Below, piece after piece: positions 1 to 9,608 of a stretch of 33,682 nt of DNA (its first letter is position 1; the number at the start of each line of letters is the position of its first letter). Below the pieces are notes generated by a model. It did not search any database. It had not been told where the DNA came from and saw nothing but the letters and a program-made list of their open reading frames with translations. Made by a program: the position numbers and the translations under genes. The stretch comes from Patescibacteria group bacterium (GTDB lineage: Bacteria > Patescibacteriota > Gracilibacteria > JAHISY01): NCBI GenBank assembly GCA_018817365.1, contig JAHISY010000035.1:1-33682 (forward strand), given 5' to 3'.

Positions 1-230
1 AAAAGATTGAATCCTTTTCCGGTGATTCCCTGCGGAGTGGAAATGTAAATTTTCGCTGTTTTTGTTTTTGTGGCGAGGAATTTTTCCGCCGTTCCGTCGG
101 ATGAAAAATTGTCCGCATTCACGATCGCCGCGCGATAATTTGGAAAATATTTCTGCAGTCCTCGATCGATTTGCCGCGTGACAAAAGCGATGTTGCCAGC
201 CTCATTCAGCGATGGGATGCCGATGAGCAA
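1..230 (-). CDS. GT-A fold glycosyltransferase (GT2/GT81-like), C-terminal part cut by window edge
   Basis: A minus-strand frame runs off the left edge and is absent from the ORF track. My translation is ..LLIGIPSLNEAGNIAFVTRQIDRGLQKYFPNYRAAIVNADNFSSDGTAEKFLATKTKTAKIYISTPQGITGKGFNL.. It shows IPxxNE, DxxSxDGT and GKG motifs in the usual GT-A order. The in-frame stop is at 294-296 and no in-frame ATG follows it. TTG at 228-230 is the most plausible start, so the 5' end is uncertain. Confidence 0.5.
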   Translation of the reverse strand, partial: MLIGIPSLNEAGNIAFVTRQIDRGLQKYFPNYRAAIVNADNFSSDGTAEKFLATKTKTAKIYISTPQGITGKGFNL

Positions 231-368
231 GTCAACTTGTTTTATCCGTTGCGGATTGATCTCGCGACGTGGTTTTGTTTGTATTTTGATGTATTAGTTT
301 AACAAAAAAGCTGAATTTTTGCAAGCTTGGAATTGTTTCTGAATTGTAAATTTTTCCGACATCAAAAG

Positions 369-1103
369 TTAAATTTCGCGAGCTAATATTTCCACGAGTT
401 CGAAAATAATTTTGTTAAGTTTTTCCACATCTTTTTTTCGCGGTCGGAGAGTTTTTTCATTGAGATAAAGTTTGTGATTGAATTCGATTTGAATGCCCGG
501 CAGGCGGTGGCGCGAACAATGCTCGCCGATCACGAACTTCCCTCCGAATGGTTTGTTCACGTTCACAGACAAACCTTTTTTTTGGAAGAATTTTAGAATT
601 TTCAGCGTGCGGGAGCGCGAGCAGGTCGTGAAATCTCGGTTGCCGAGGCAGACATCAGGGCGCGCTTTGCCGGCATCGCTTTTGGTTGCTGGGGCGACTG
701 ACCACATCGAATGCCCGTCAATCAGAAACTTCATTTTTGGCTTGAGCTTTTCAATTTCGGCGTGAAAAGTGGTGTGATATTTTTTCACACGTTCAAAAAT
801 CGCTTTTTCGCTCGGCGGTTCACGGTAAATTTGTTTGCCGTTTTCATCGATGCTCACGACCACACCGTCTGCGCACAATTGACATTCCATCTCGATATCG
901 TCGGGAGCGCGATTGGGATCAGCGACAAGCCGTGAAATTTTCGCCTTCACGACGTGAGCATTCGAAGCATTAAAAATCTCATCGGTAAAAGGATCTGCGC
1001 TTTTTTTGATTTCAAAATCGGAAAGCAACATCAGCCGTCGTAACTCTGCCGGCACGAAAGTCGAGCAGTGCGGAATCGAAATAAGGATTGGGAGAAGATT
1101 CAT
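369..1103 (-). CDS. N-formylglutamate amidohydrolase (FGase) family hydrolase
   Basis: 244-aa ORF. It carries ISIPHCSTFVP, VADPNR, LIDGHSM and IQIEFN in the order expected for the FGase family metal and catalytic motifs. It starts 10 nt downstream of the preceding ATP-grasp gene on the same strand. Confidence 0.75.
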   Translation of the reverse strand: MNLLPILISIPHCSTFVPAELRRLMLLSDFEIKKSADPFTDEIFNASNAHVVKAKISRLVADPNRAPDDIEMECQLCADGVVVSIDENGKQIYREPPSEKAIFERVKKYHTTFHAEIEKLKPKMKFLIDGHSMWSVAPATKSDAGKARPDVCLGNRDFTTCSRSRTLKILKFFQKKGLSVNVNKPFGGKFVIGEHCSRHRLPGIQIEFNHKLYLNEKTLRPRKKDVEKLNKIIFELVEILAREI

Positions 1104-1112
1104 TAGAAAAAT

Positions 1113-1973
1113 TTATTTTGCAAGTGCGAATTTAACAATCGCATCAGCCACGTTTATTTTTGTCGTCTTACTGAATGCTCGAAATTCTGGACAACGATTC
1201 ACTTCCAATAAATAAAATCCTTCTTTTGTGAGAGCGAGGTCCACTCCGCCGATGTCAATTTGCTGTTGCTTGCAGATTGAAACCGCCTCACTCACAATTT
1301 TAGAAGGTAGTTTGGCTGGTTCGAATCGAGCTCCCGCCGCATAATTAGCCGCTATTGATCCCGGTTTTGGGATTTTGCGAATTGATCCCAAAGATTCATT
1401 TCCGACCACAAAAACACGATATTCAGCAAGAATTTTGAGGTAATTTTGGACAAGAATTCCGATTTTATTCTTGGCAAGATGATTGGCAAGTGCAGCGCGA
1501 GATCGAAAAACCATGACACCTTCTCCATGTCGTCCGAGTGCGGGTTTGACAAGATATGGCGATGTCAATTCGTTTTTTTTCGGTAACCTCTCCTTTTGAT
1601 CGAGGAAAAGTGTCGGAATTTGGCGAATATGTTGGGTTTGGATCGTAGGTAAAAATATTGTTTTATATAAACCACTCACGATACTTTTTATCGTGTCGGT
1701 GAATTGTATTTTCCAGTTTGCGGCGAGAAAAACAAGTCCAACCATTTTGATATAACTACCAAGAACGCGACGAAAAATAATCCGACTTTTTTTGAATTGA
1801 GCAGTAAAATCTTTTTCTCTCAGAAAAATTTTAGTTCCTTGATCGTGGAGCTCGACTCTGATTTCATGTGGCGAGATAATCTGAACAGAATTTCCATGAG
1901 TGCGAGCAGACTCTGCAATTTTGCGTTCCTCCCATCCTGCTTCCGTGCCGATTACTAAGATGTAGTTTTTCAT
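1113..1973 (-). CDS. RimK-type ATP-grasp ligase
   Basis: 286-aa ORF. Motifs are LVKPALGRHGEGVMVF (K plus Gly-rich loop), ILVQNYL, EYRVFVVG and GGVDLALTKEGFYLLEVNRCPEF (Mg/ATP-binding E-x-N). The layout resembles RimK-like alpha-L-glutamate ligases. Confidence 0.8.
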   Translation of the reverse strand: MKNYILVIGTEAGWEERKIAESARTHGNSVQIISPHEIRVELHDQGTKIFLREKDFTAQFKKSRIIFRRVLGSYIKMVGLVFLAANWKIQFTDTIKSIVSGLYKTIFLPTIQTQHIRQIPTLFLDQKERLPKKNELTSPYLVKPALGRHGEGVMVFRSRAALANHLAKNKIGILVQNYLKILAEYRVFVVGNESLGSIRKIPKPGSIAANYAAGARFEPAKLPSKIVSEAVSICKQQQIDIGGVDLALTKEGFYLLEVNRCPEFRAFSKTTKINVADAIVKFALAK

Positions 1974-2192
1974 GAAAGAAAGTTTAATCGATATGCGCCA
2001 AAACTTAAATCAAATTTTCAATCTCCGCACCGCCGAGATTCGCGATTACTTGAAAATTCCACGTTAAATCAATTCCAATCGGAAGTGAACAAATATTTGT
2101 CGGACGGATAAAAATTGGAGATTTGCTCACAGCTTTTATTCTAACCGTTGCAAAGCTGTTTGGAAATTCCTAAACTTCCGCAATATTCTTTG

Positions 2193-3464
2193 ATGCGCCG
2201 CAAAAAAGCAATTGTCTTCACCGAATATCTCCACAAACTGGAGAGTGTGGAATCGGCTCAAAGAGCTGGTTTCGCTGCGGTTCTTGTTACTCGCAAAATT
2301 CGCAATGGGGCTGCCAAAGTTTTTGATGAAATTTTCGAAATGGACTTAAACCAACGCGAAGTTTGGGATGATTTAGCCAAAAAACTGAAAGCCAAGTACA
2401 ACGTCAAAGCGGTGGTTTCCAATTACGATCATTTTGTGGTGCAGCGCAGTTATCTCGCGGAAAGATTGGGAGTCGCTTCCACCGCAGTTTACGCAGCCTG
2501 CTGCACTCGCAACAAAGTTCTCATGCGCAAGGCGCTAGCGGTGATTCCCGAAAATATCGAATTCGAGGAAGTGAAAACTCTCGCGGAAGCAAAAAAAGCG
2601 CGCAAAAAATTAGGAGGCGATGTTTATCTTAAATCGATTGCCGGAATCAAATCGCGCTGTATTTTTCATGTGAAAAGCGAAGCCGCGCTCACCCGCGCAT
2701 GGAAAGAATTTTGCCGGCTCAAAGCCGAGCTCGACGAAGAACTTTACAACGATTTCCATTATCTCGATTTTCGTTTCAATTATCCGAATCCCCGTAAAAC
2801 CGTCCTCGTGGAAAAAGCAATCGAAGGCAAACAAATTACTGTTTGTTCGCTCGTCGACAGCCATCGCATTTGGCACGCGCCGTCGGTTTGCGATGTCGCG
2901 ACTGCGGCAGAAATTGGTCGCGATGACTCATTTCTCGCTTTTCGAATTCTTCCTTCGCAGCAGCCGAAAGGGATTTGGCGGGAGGCGAAAAAAATAACCG
3001 AAACTGCGATTCGCATTTTGGGTTTGCGGAATTGCGCGATTCATTCGGAATTAATTATTGAGCCGGATGGAAAAGTCAAAATTATCGAGATTGCCAGCCG
3101 CATCGGCGGTTATCGCACTTTGATGTATTCTCACGCTTACGGTTTTTATCTTCCCGACTTGGTAATTCGCGCGGTGACTGGTCGACCAGTAAAAATAAGA
3201 AAAAAGGCGCAACAGTTTGTTTCACTTCTCGAGCTTTTTCCGAAAAAGAATGGGAAGTTTGCGAGAATTGAAAACTTGAAAGAATTGAGGAAAGATTCCT
3301 CTTTTGATCACATAAAAATCAAAGCGAAACGAAACCAAGCGGTTGGTCTCGCGCGGGAGAATTTCGAGCCGGTGGCAGCGATTTTGCTGAAAGGCAAAAA
3401 CTACAAAGAACTGGAAAAAAAGAGTTTCTATTTTCAGGAAAAATTAAACGTAGTAGTGCGATAG
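2193..3464 (+). CDS. ATP-grasp domain ligase (L-amino-acid-ligase-like, with pre-ATP-grasp N-domain)
   Basis: The track ORF 2148-3464 starts at TTG. I prefer the ATG at 2193 (MRRKKAIVFTEY..). Motifs are YLKSIAGIKSRCIF, VLVEKAIEGKQ and CAIHSELIIEPDGKVKIIEIASRIGG (E-x-x-x-R ATP-grasp C-terminal motif). It is divergent from the other ATP-grasp gene. Confidence 0.7.
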   Translation: MRRKKAIVFTEYLHKLESVESAQRAGFAAVLVTRKIRNGAAKVFDEIFEMDLNQREVWDDLAKKLKAKYNVKAVVSNYDHFVVQRSYLAERLGVASTAVYAACCTRNKVLMRKALAVIPENIEFEEVKTLAEAKKARKKLGGDVYLKSIAGIKSRCIFHVKSEAALTRAWKEFCRLKAELDEELYNDFHYLDFRFNYPNPRKTVLVEKAIEGKQITVCSLVDSHRIWHAPSVCDVATAAEIGRDDSFLAFRILPSQQPKGIWREAKKITETAIRILGLRNCAIHSELIIEPDGKVKIIEIASRIGGYRTLMYSHAYGFYLPDLVIRAVTGRPVKIRKKAQQFVSLLELFPKKNGKFARIENLKELRKDSSFDHIKIKAKRNQAVGLARENFEPVAAILLKGKNYKELEKKSFYFQEKLNVVVR

Positions 3465-3544
3465 ATTCTTTCGAGAAGCTGAAACTTCTGCTAAACTCTC
3501 GCAAGTTTGGTTCTTGGCTAATGGTTTTTGGTTCAGTCGGTTAG

Positions 3545-5593
<2,049 letters not shown>

Positions 5594-5662
5594 AATTTTT
5601 AAACGAGCGCGAAGAGAAGGAAATCTTCAATTTTCTTTTTCATCTCGTCGGAATTTACTTAC

Positions 5663-5698
5663 AAAAATAGCCCGTTCCCGAGGGAGTAGGCTATTTTT
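5663..5698. terminator. Bidirectional intrinsic terminator between convergent gyrB and the phosphoesterase gene
   Basis: AAAAATAGCC-CGTTCCCGAGGGAGTA-GGCTATTTTT. The stem ATAGCC/GGCTAT is extended by an inner TCCC/GGGA pairing. An A-tract lies on the 5' side and a T-tract on the 3' side. Confidence 0.7.
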
Positions 5699-5872
5699 GG
5701 TTCGGCTACCTATTTAATCAAATCAAATCCGAAGATCTGAATCAACTAAGCGATTAAATATTTCTAGAATTACCGAAGTAACTTTCGAAATAAAAAATCT
5801 CAGTAACTGAACAAATATAGTATAGCAAACTTGGACGGAAATTGCAAATCGATTTTGTCTTTTCTCTGTGAA

Positions 5873-7030
5873 TTATTTTAATTTAATCGCAACGATTTCC
5901 GATTTGCTGCCAGTGCGTAGCGTCGGTCCCCACACTCCGGTGCCACTGGAAATATAAACTGTGAAGCCATTTTCTTGGTGCAAACCATATTCGTATCCGT
6001 CGTAAATCCATTTGGCGAGGAGTGTGAAGGGGAAGATTTGACCGCCGTGCGTGTGGTTTGAAAGTTGCAAATCAATTCCCAAATCCCGCGCATCCCGAAA
6101 ATCCACATTCGGTTTCCAGTATAAATTTTGATGTTCAATTTTATTTTCACCAATGCTGGTGGGGGAGTGAAGAAGTAAGATGTTTACTTTCTCACTATCG
6201 AAATTTGAGTTATTCTCGACAATTTTGCGGATATTTTTGTTTTCGCCATTCTCAGGGTACCTGATTCCAATCAGCTGTAGACCAGCTAGATCAACTATCT
6301 CATCCTCCAAAATACGGATGTCGAGCTTGCGTAAAATTCTCAAAGAATCTTCAGTTCCACGGTAGCCTTCGTGATTGCCGCTTACAAAATAAACTCCGTT
6401 TTGAGTTTTAATCTCGTTCAACAGGTGGATGTATTTTTCGATTCCATTTGCGCTGCCGTCTAATAAGTCTCCAGTGATTACCACAATTTCCGCGTTGAGC
6501 TGATTGATTTCGCTGATTACTTTTTTCAAAAAGCTTTCGCCCAAAACACCCCCCAAGTGCAAATCTGAAATTTGCACGATTGTTTTCCCGCTCCACGATT
6601 GGGGGAGATTTTCAAGATTAATCTCAATATTTTTCACGACAGGATGAAAAACATTCCAAGCTCCAATCAAGGAATAAGTAATCGCACAAAAAATTACAAT
6701 CTTGCCGACAAGTTTGAAATTCAGTTTTTTTCGAAAAATTCTCACCATACCGATTACTATCCACGCGACGAGTATCATCCAAATTAAATTCAACAAAATT
6801 CCGAACCACACCCCGAAACCCAAGCTAAAAATTTTTGCTAATAAATTTTCTTCTCGGCGCAATAATACAAAAGAAGCGATAAACCCTAAAAACAAGAGCT
6901 CTAAGGTTAAGCGCAATTTTAGCCGTGCTTTTTTGTTTTGAATTGCAAAGGCACGAATAAAGAAATCGTAAACTACGAAGTGAGAGGTCAGTAAAATCGC
7001 GAGAAGAATCTGGAAAAACATTGCGCCCAT
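5873..7030 (-). CDS. Membrane-anchored metallophosphoesterase (calcineurin-like)
   Basis: 385 aa. The first ~130 aa form 4 hydrophobic helices. These are followed by ISDLHLG (DxH), TGDLLDG (GDxxD), SGNHE (GNHE), LLLHSP and SNHTHGGQ (GHxH-type). By eye the gene is AT-richer than the flanking genes. Confidence 0.85.
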   Translation of the reverse strand: MGAMFFQILLAILLTSHFVVYDFFIRAFAIQNKKARLKLRLTLELLFLGFIASFVLLRREENLLAKIFSLGFGVWFGILLNLIWMILVAWIVIGMVRIFRKKLNFKLVGKIVIFCAITYSLIGAWNVFHPVVKNIEINLENLPQSWSGKTIVQISDLHLGGVLGESFLKKVISEINQLNAEIVVITGDLLDGSANGIEKYIHLLNEIKTQNGVYFVSGNHEGYRGTEDSLRILRKLDIRILEDEIVDLAGLQLIGIRYPENGENKNIRKIVENNSNFDSEKVNILLLHSPTSIGENKIEHQNLYWKPNVDFRDARDLGIDLQLSNHTHGGQIFPFTLLAKWIYDGYEYGLHQENGFTVYISSGTGVWGPTLRTGSKSEIVAIKLK

Positions 7031-7255
7031 TTTAGCCTATGTTCCTATTGCATCGACTGGATCAATTCGGATCGCTTTCGGCGCGGGACAAAAACCGAAA
7101 AAGATTCTGACAAATACCGAAAAAACAAAATTCGACTAAAATCGAGAGGGGGAGTGAATGAGGTGCTAGTCTTCGAGATTATTCAAAAAAGGAACTCTAA
7201 TCTCGCCGAGACAGATGCCGATCACGCCTTTTTTTCTCGAGTTAAGTCAAAATTT

Positions 7256-7930
7256 TTATTCCACCCCTCCTTCCAACTCTTTCGTTTCTTCAAGCTGAAT
7301 TTTGATTTTGCCGAGCACGTTCCGCAAAACAAATTCTGCAAACTCCTCTGTTTTTTGAAACTCGGTTTCTAACTTCTTCTTCTCAAAAAAATCGCGGAGA
7401 ATGAAGGCGGTGAGTTTCCACAAGCTCGGAAACAGTTTGTCTTCCGGTGAAATCGCAGTCGCGAGGAGGCGAGTGGGTTGTGTGAGTCCGAATTCCAGCA
7501 GTCCGAAACTCCACACGTCGAGAGTCTGCTTGATTTCCGGCGGAAATTTTCCGCCCGTCGCGAGCGCGCGGTTTCCGGCTTTCGGAGCTTCGAGCAGCTG
7601 CGCGGATTCGTCGAGCATCATCTCAAATTCTTTTTGCGCCTCCGCCTCGACGAGCGCGAGAATTCCGAGAATGAGACCGGCGGGAATGTTGTGATCGAGG
7701 CAGCGGGAAATCAATAGCATCACCGCGGTATTCGAGTGGGTTTGCAGGAATTTCCCGATTACTTTCGCGAGTCTATTATCTTTCGCGCGCGCTTTGCCTT
7801 CCGCCTTTTTTAAAGCTCTTTGAGCCTTTTGCGTTTTCCTGATTTTATCGCGAAAAACTTCATCTGAAGCTTCCGCCGCTTTTGTGCCGGATTCTTCGTT
7901 GTCGAGCGGAGACAGGTTTTCGAGTCCCAT
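7256..7930 (-). CDS. Hypothetical protein (basic/acidic N-terminus, helical)
   Basis: 224-aa ORF with no competing frame. I recognise no family. The plus-strand ORFs that overlap it look like shadow frames. Confidence 0.55.
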   Translation of the reverse strand: MGLENLSPLDNEESGTKAAEASDEVFRDKIRKTQKAQRALKKAEGKARAKDNRLAKVIGKFLQTHSNTAVMLLISRCLDHNIPAGLILGILALVEAEAQKEFEMMLDESAQLLEAPKAGNRALATGGKFPPEIKQTLDVWSFGLLEFGLTQPTRLLATAISPEDKLFPSLWKLTAFILRDFFEKKKLETEFQKTEEFAEFVLRNVLGKIKIQLEETKELEGGVE

Positions 7931-7936
7931 TCATTC

Positions 7937-7994
7937 AATGATTAATAATCAATGTGCAATGCTTAATTAACTGGTAATTACACATTGATCATTG
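7937..7994. promoter_or_regulatory. Imperfect inverted repeat upstream of the 224-aa gene
   Basis: CAATGAT-TAATAA-TCAATGTG (7937-7956) pairs with CACATTGATCATTG (7981-7994). The 9-bp core ATCAATGTG/CACATTGAT is perfect. The loop holds a TTAATTAA palindrome. Confidence 0.35.
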
Positions 7995-8017
7995 TACGTT
8001 GCAAATTGTAGATCCAT

Positions 8018-8218
8018 TCATTCTTCGTTTTCTTCCAGCTCGTGGATTTTATTCTCGATTTTTTCGAGCATCTGTTTCGCCTTTTTTTTCAGAATCTTTT
8101 TCGTTTTTTTCGGAGCAAATTTCAATCCCAAAACTGAAGCAATCGCGCCGCCGATTATTAAACCGGCGAGTAATTTTCCGCCTCCGCCTTTTTCGGAATT
8201 TTCATCTTGTTCAGCCAA
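8018..8218 (-). CDS. YtxH-like small membrane-associated protein
   Basis: 66 aa. The Gly-rich hydrophobic segment GLIIGGAIASVLGL is followed by FAPKKTKKILKKKAKQMLEKIENKIHELEE, which is the typical YtxH layout. The start must be TTG (8216-8218) because there is no in-frame ATG near the N-terminus. Confidence 0.6.
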   Translation of the reverse strand: MAEQDENSEKGGGGKLLAGLIIGGAIASVLGLKFAPKKTKKILKKKAKQMLEKIENKIHELEENEE

Positions 8219-8221
8219 ATC

Positions 8222-8932
8222 TTAGTGATTTAAAGAATCCATTCCCCAAATTTGGTAAATCCAGCGGTAAATCATCTCTGTCACGGTGATGAAAATTCCA
8301 AAGAAAAGCCAAGTCGTAGGCAAAATTGTAAATAAAACTACGGTTGCTCCTTTCCCGCCACTGCCACCCACCGCCAATTCTGCTGCCGAGGAAAAATCTT
8401 GTCCGAGTTTGTAAATCAGCATGTTCGTAATGATCGTGGCTAAAACTGCAAATATAATTCCGTAAATTGCGATGAAATTTTCGCGCGGCGACTGTGAATT
8501 CGAAAGCTCGAGGATAAACATGCTGGCGAGCGCGGCTACCACGAGCTGGAGGGAGGAGATGAGGAAAATTATTTTTAAATTTTGCGCGAAACCGATTATT
8601 CCAAAAAAGTAAACGGGGAGGAGAAAAATGAAAATCAAAATATTCAGCGAAATGATGTGTTTGATTACTCCTCGAATTTCCGCATATTTTTCGCGATCCA
8701 ACATTCCGAAAAGAAAAGCTCCCAAACTGTTCGCGACGAGACCAGTGATAAATCCCATCATGATTGCTGAAAATATCACAAAAGGTCCGGTGACGCTTCC
8801 GCTGTCCATCGTTCCGAGACCGATGAGTACGAAAATCAACAAAACAAACATTCCGACAATGCCCACGCCGATGCCTGAAAGAGCTTTGAAAAAGAGAAGT
8901 GAGAATTTTACTTCGCGAGGAGGAAGAAGCAT
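8222..8932 (-). CDS. Polytopic membrane protein, unknown family
   Basis: 236 aa with about 6 hydrophobic helices and no recognisable catalytic motif. Confidence 0.7.
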   Translation of the reverse strand: MLLPPREVKFSLLFFKALSGIGVGIVGMFVLLIFVLIGLGTMDSGSVTGPFVIFSAIMMGFITGLVANSLGAFLFGMLDREKYAEIRGVIKHIISLNILIFIFLLPVYFFGIIGFAQNLKIIFLISSLQLVVAALASMFILELSNSQSPRENFIAIYGIIFAVLATIITNMLIYKLGQDFSSAAELAVGGSGGKGATVVLFTILPTTWLFFGIFITVTEMIYRWIYQIWGMDSLNH

Positions 8933-8977
8933 TGTTTGGGGGATTAAAAAATTTTAATTTTTACAATTTTTGCAATT

Positions 8978-8997
8978 CCTGCCTGCCGGCAGGCAGG
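8978..8997. other. Perfect 20-bp GC-rich palindrome
   Basis: CCTGCCTGCC|GGCAGGCAGG lies 28 bp downstream of the lspA stop, in an otherwise AT-rich spacer. It has no convincing U-tract on the lspA strand. Confidence 0.6.
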
Positions 8998-9024
8998 TTT
9001 AAATAAATTTTAATTTACTAAACT

Positions 9025-9480
9025 TTAGATTTTTTTGAATATTCTGCGGTGGAAAATTATCAGCAGCGTTATCCCAATTGTGAGGGCTGCGTCTGCGAGA
9101 TTGAAATTCGGAATGATGGAAAGCGAGATGAAATCAGTGACTTTTCCGAAGAAAATTCTTTCCGTGAGATTTCCGAATGCTCCGCCGAGCAGCAGCGCGA
9201 ATGCGACCACCCCGATTTTAGATTCTTTTTTCACATTTTTCACGAAAAGATTTCCTAAAAAAATAATTGCAAAAATTGAGAGCAAAATTATCAAACTGCG
9301 CGGGAAGGGAATTCCGAACGCGAGATTCGAATTTTGCGTGAATTCAAGCTTCAAAAAAGGGAAAATTTCGACTGTCTGCGCGGGTACGAGAAATTTCCGC
9401 GCGAGAAATTTCACAAAAAAATCGAGAGAAGCGACGAGCGCGATTCCCGCGAATAGAAGAATATTCTGTTTTTGCATCAA
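9025..9480 (-). CDS. lspA: Lipoprotein signal peptidase (signal peptidase II)
   Basis: 151 aa and 4 TM helices. Motifs are NSNLAFG (NxGxAFG), GGAFGNLTER (the GGAxGNxxDR box, but with Glu in place of Asp) and FNLADAALTIG (FNxAD). Confidence 0.85.
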   Translation of the reverse strand: MMQKQNILLFAGIALVASLDFFVKFLARKFLVPAQTVEIFPFLKLEFTQNSNLAFGIPFPRSLIILLSIFAIIFLGNLFVKNVKKESKIGVVAFALLLGGAFGNLTERIFFGKVTDFISLSIIPNFNLADAALTIGITLLIIFHRRIFKKI

Positions 9481-9548
9481 AGAAAGATTAAAGGATAAAG
9501 GGTTAAGAATAAAGTTTTTGGGGAGAAGTTGGAAAATCAGAAAGTTGG
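9479..9548 (+). repeat. C-free purine-rich run containing a copy of the dispersed GAAAATCAGAAA element
   Basis: Positions 9479-9537 contain no C. TTGGAAAATCAGAAA (9529-9543) is the exact reverse complement of 31929-31943. Confidence 0.7.
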
Positions 9549-9608
9549 CGATAAACTTCAGCTCGTTTTGGGCAATTTAAAATTTTTATTTTTTACTTTT
9601 TAATTTCC

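Noticed and set aside
7031-7255. A 225-bp spacer with short open frames (for example VIGICLGEIRVPFLNNLED on the minus strand and the 72-aa plus ORF at 7154-7372) that might be a gene remnant.
   Set aside because: The frames are very short or overlap the 224-aa gene. They have no motif support. I cannot separate a pseudogene from random open frames without a homology search.
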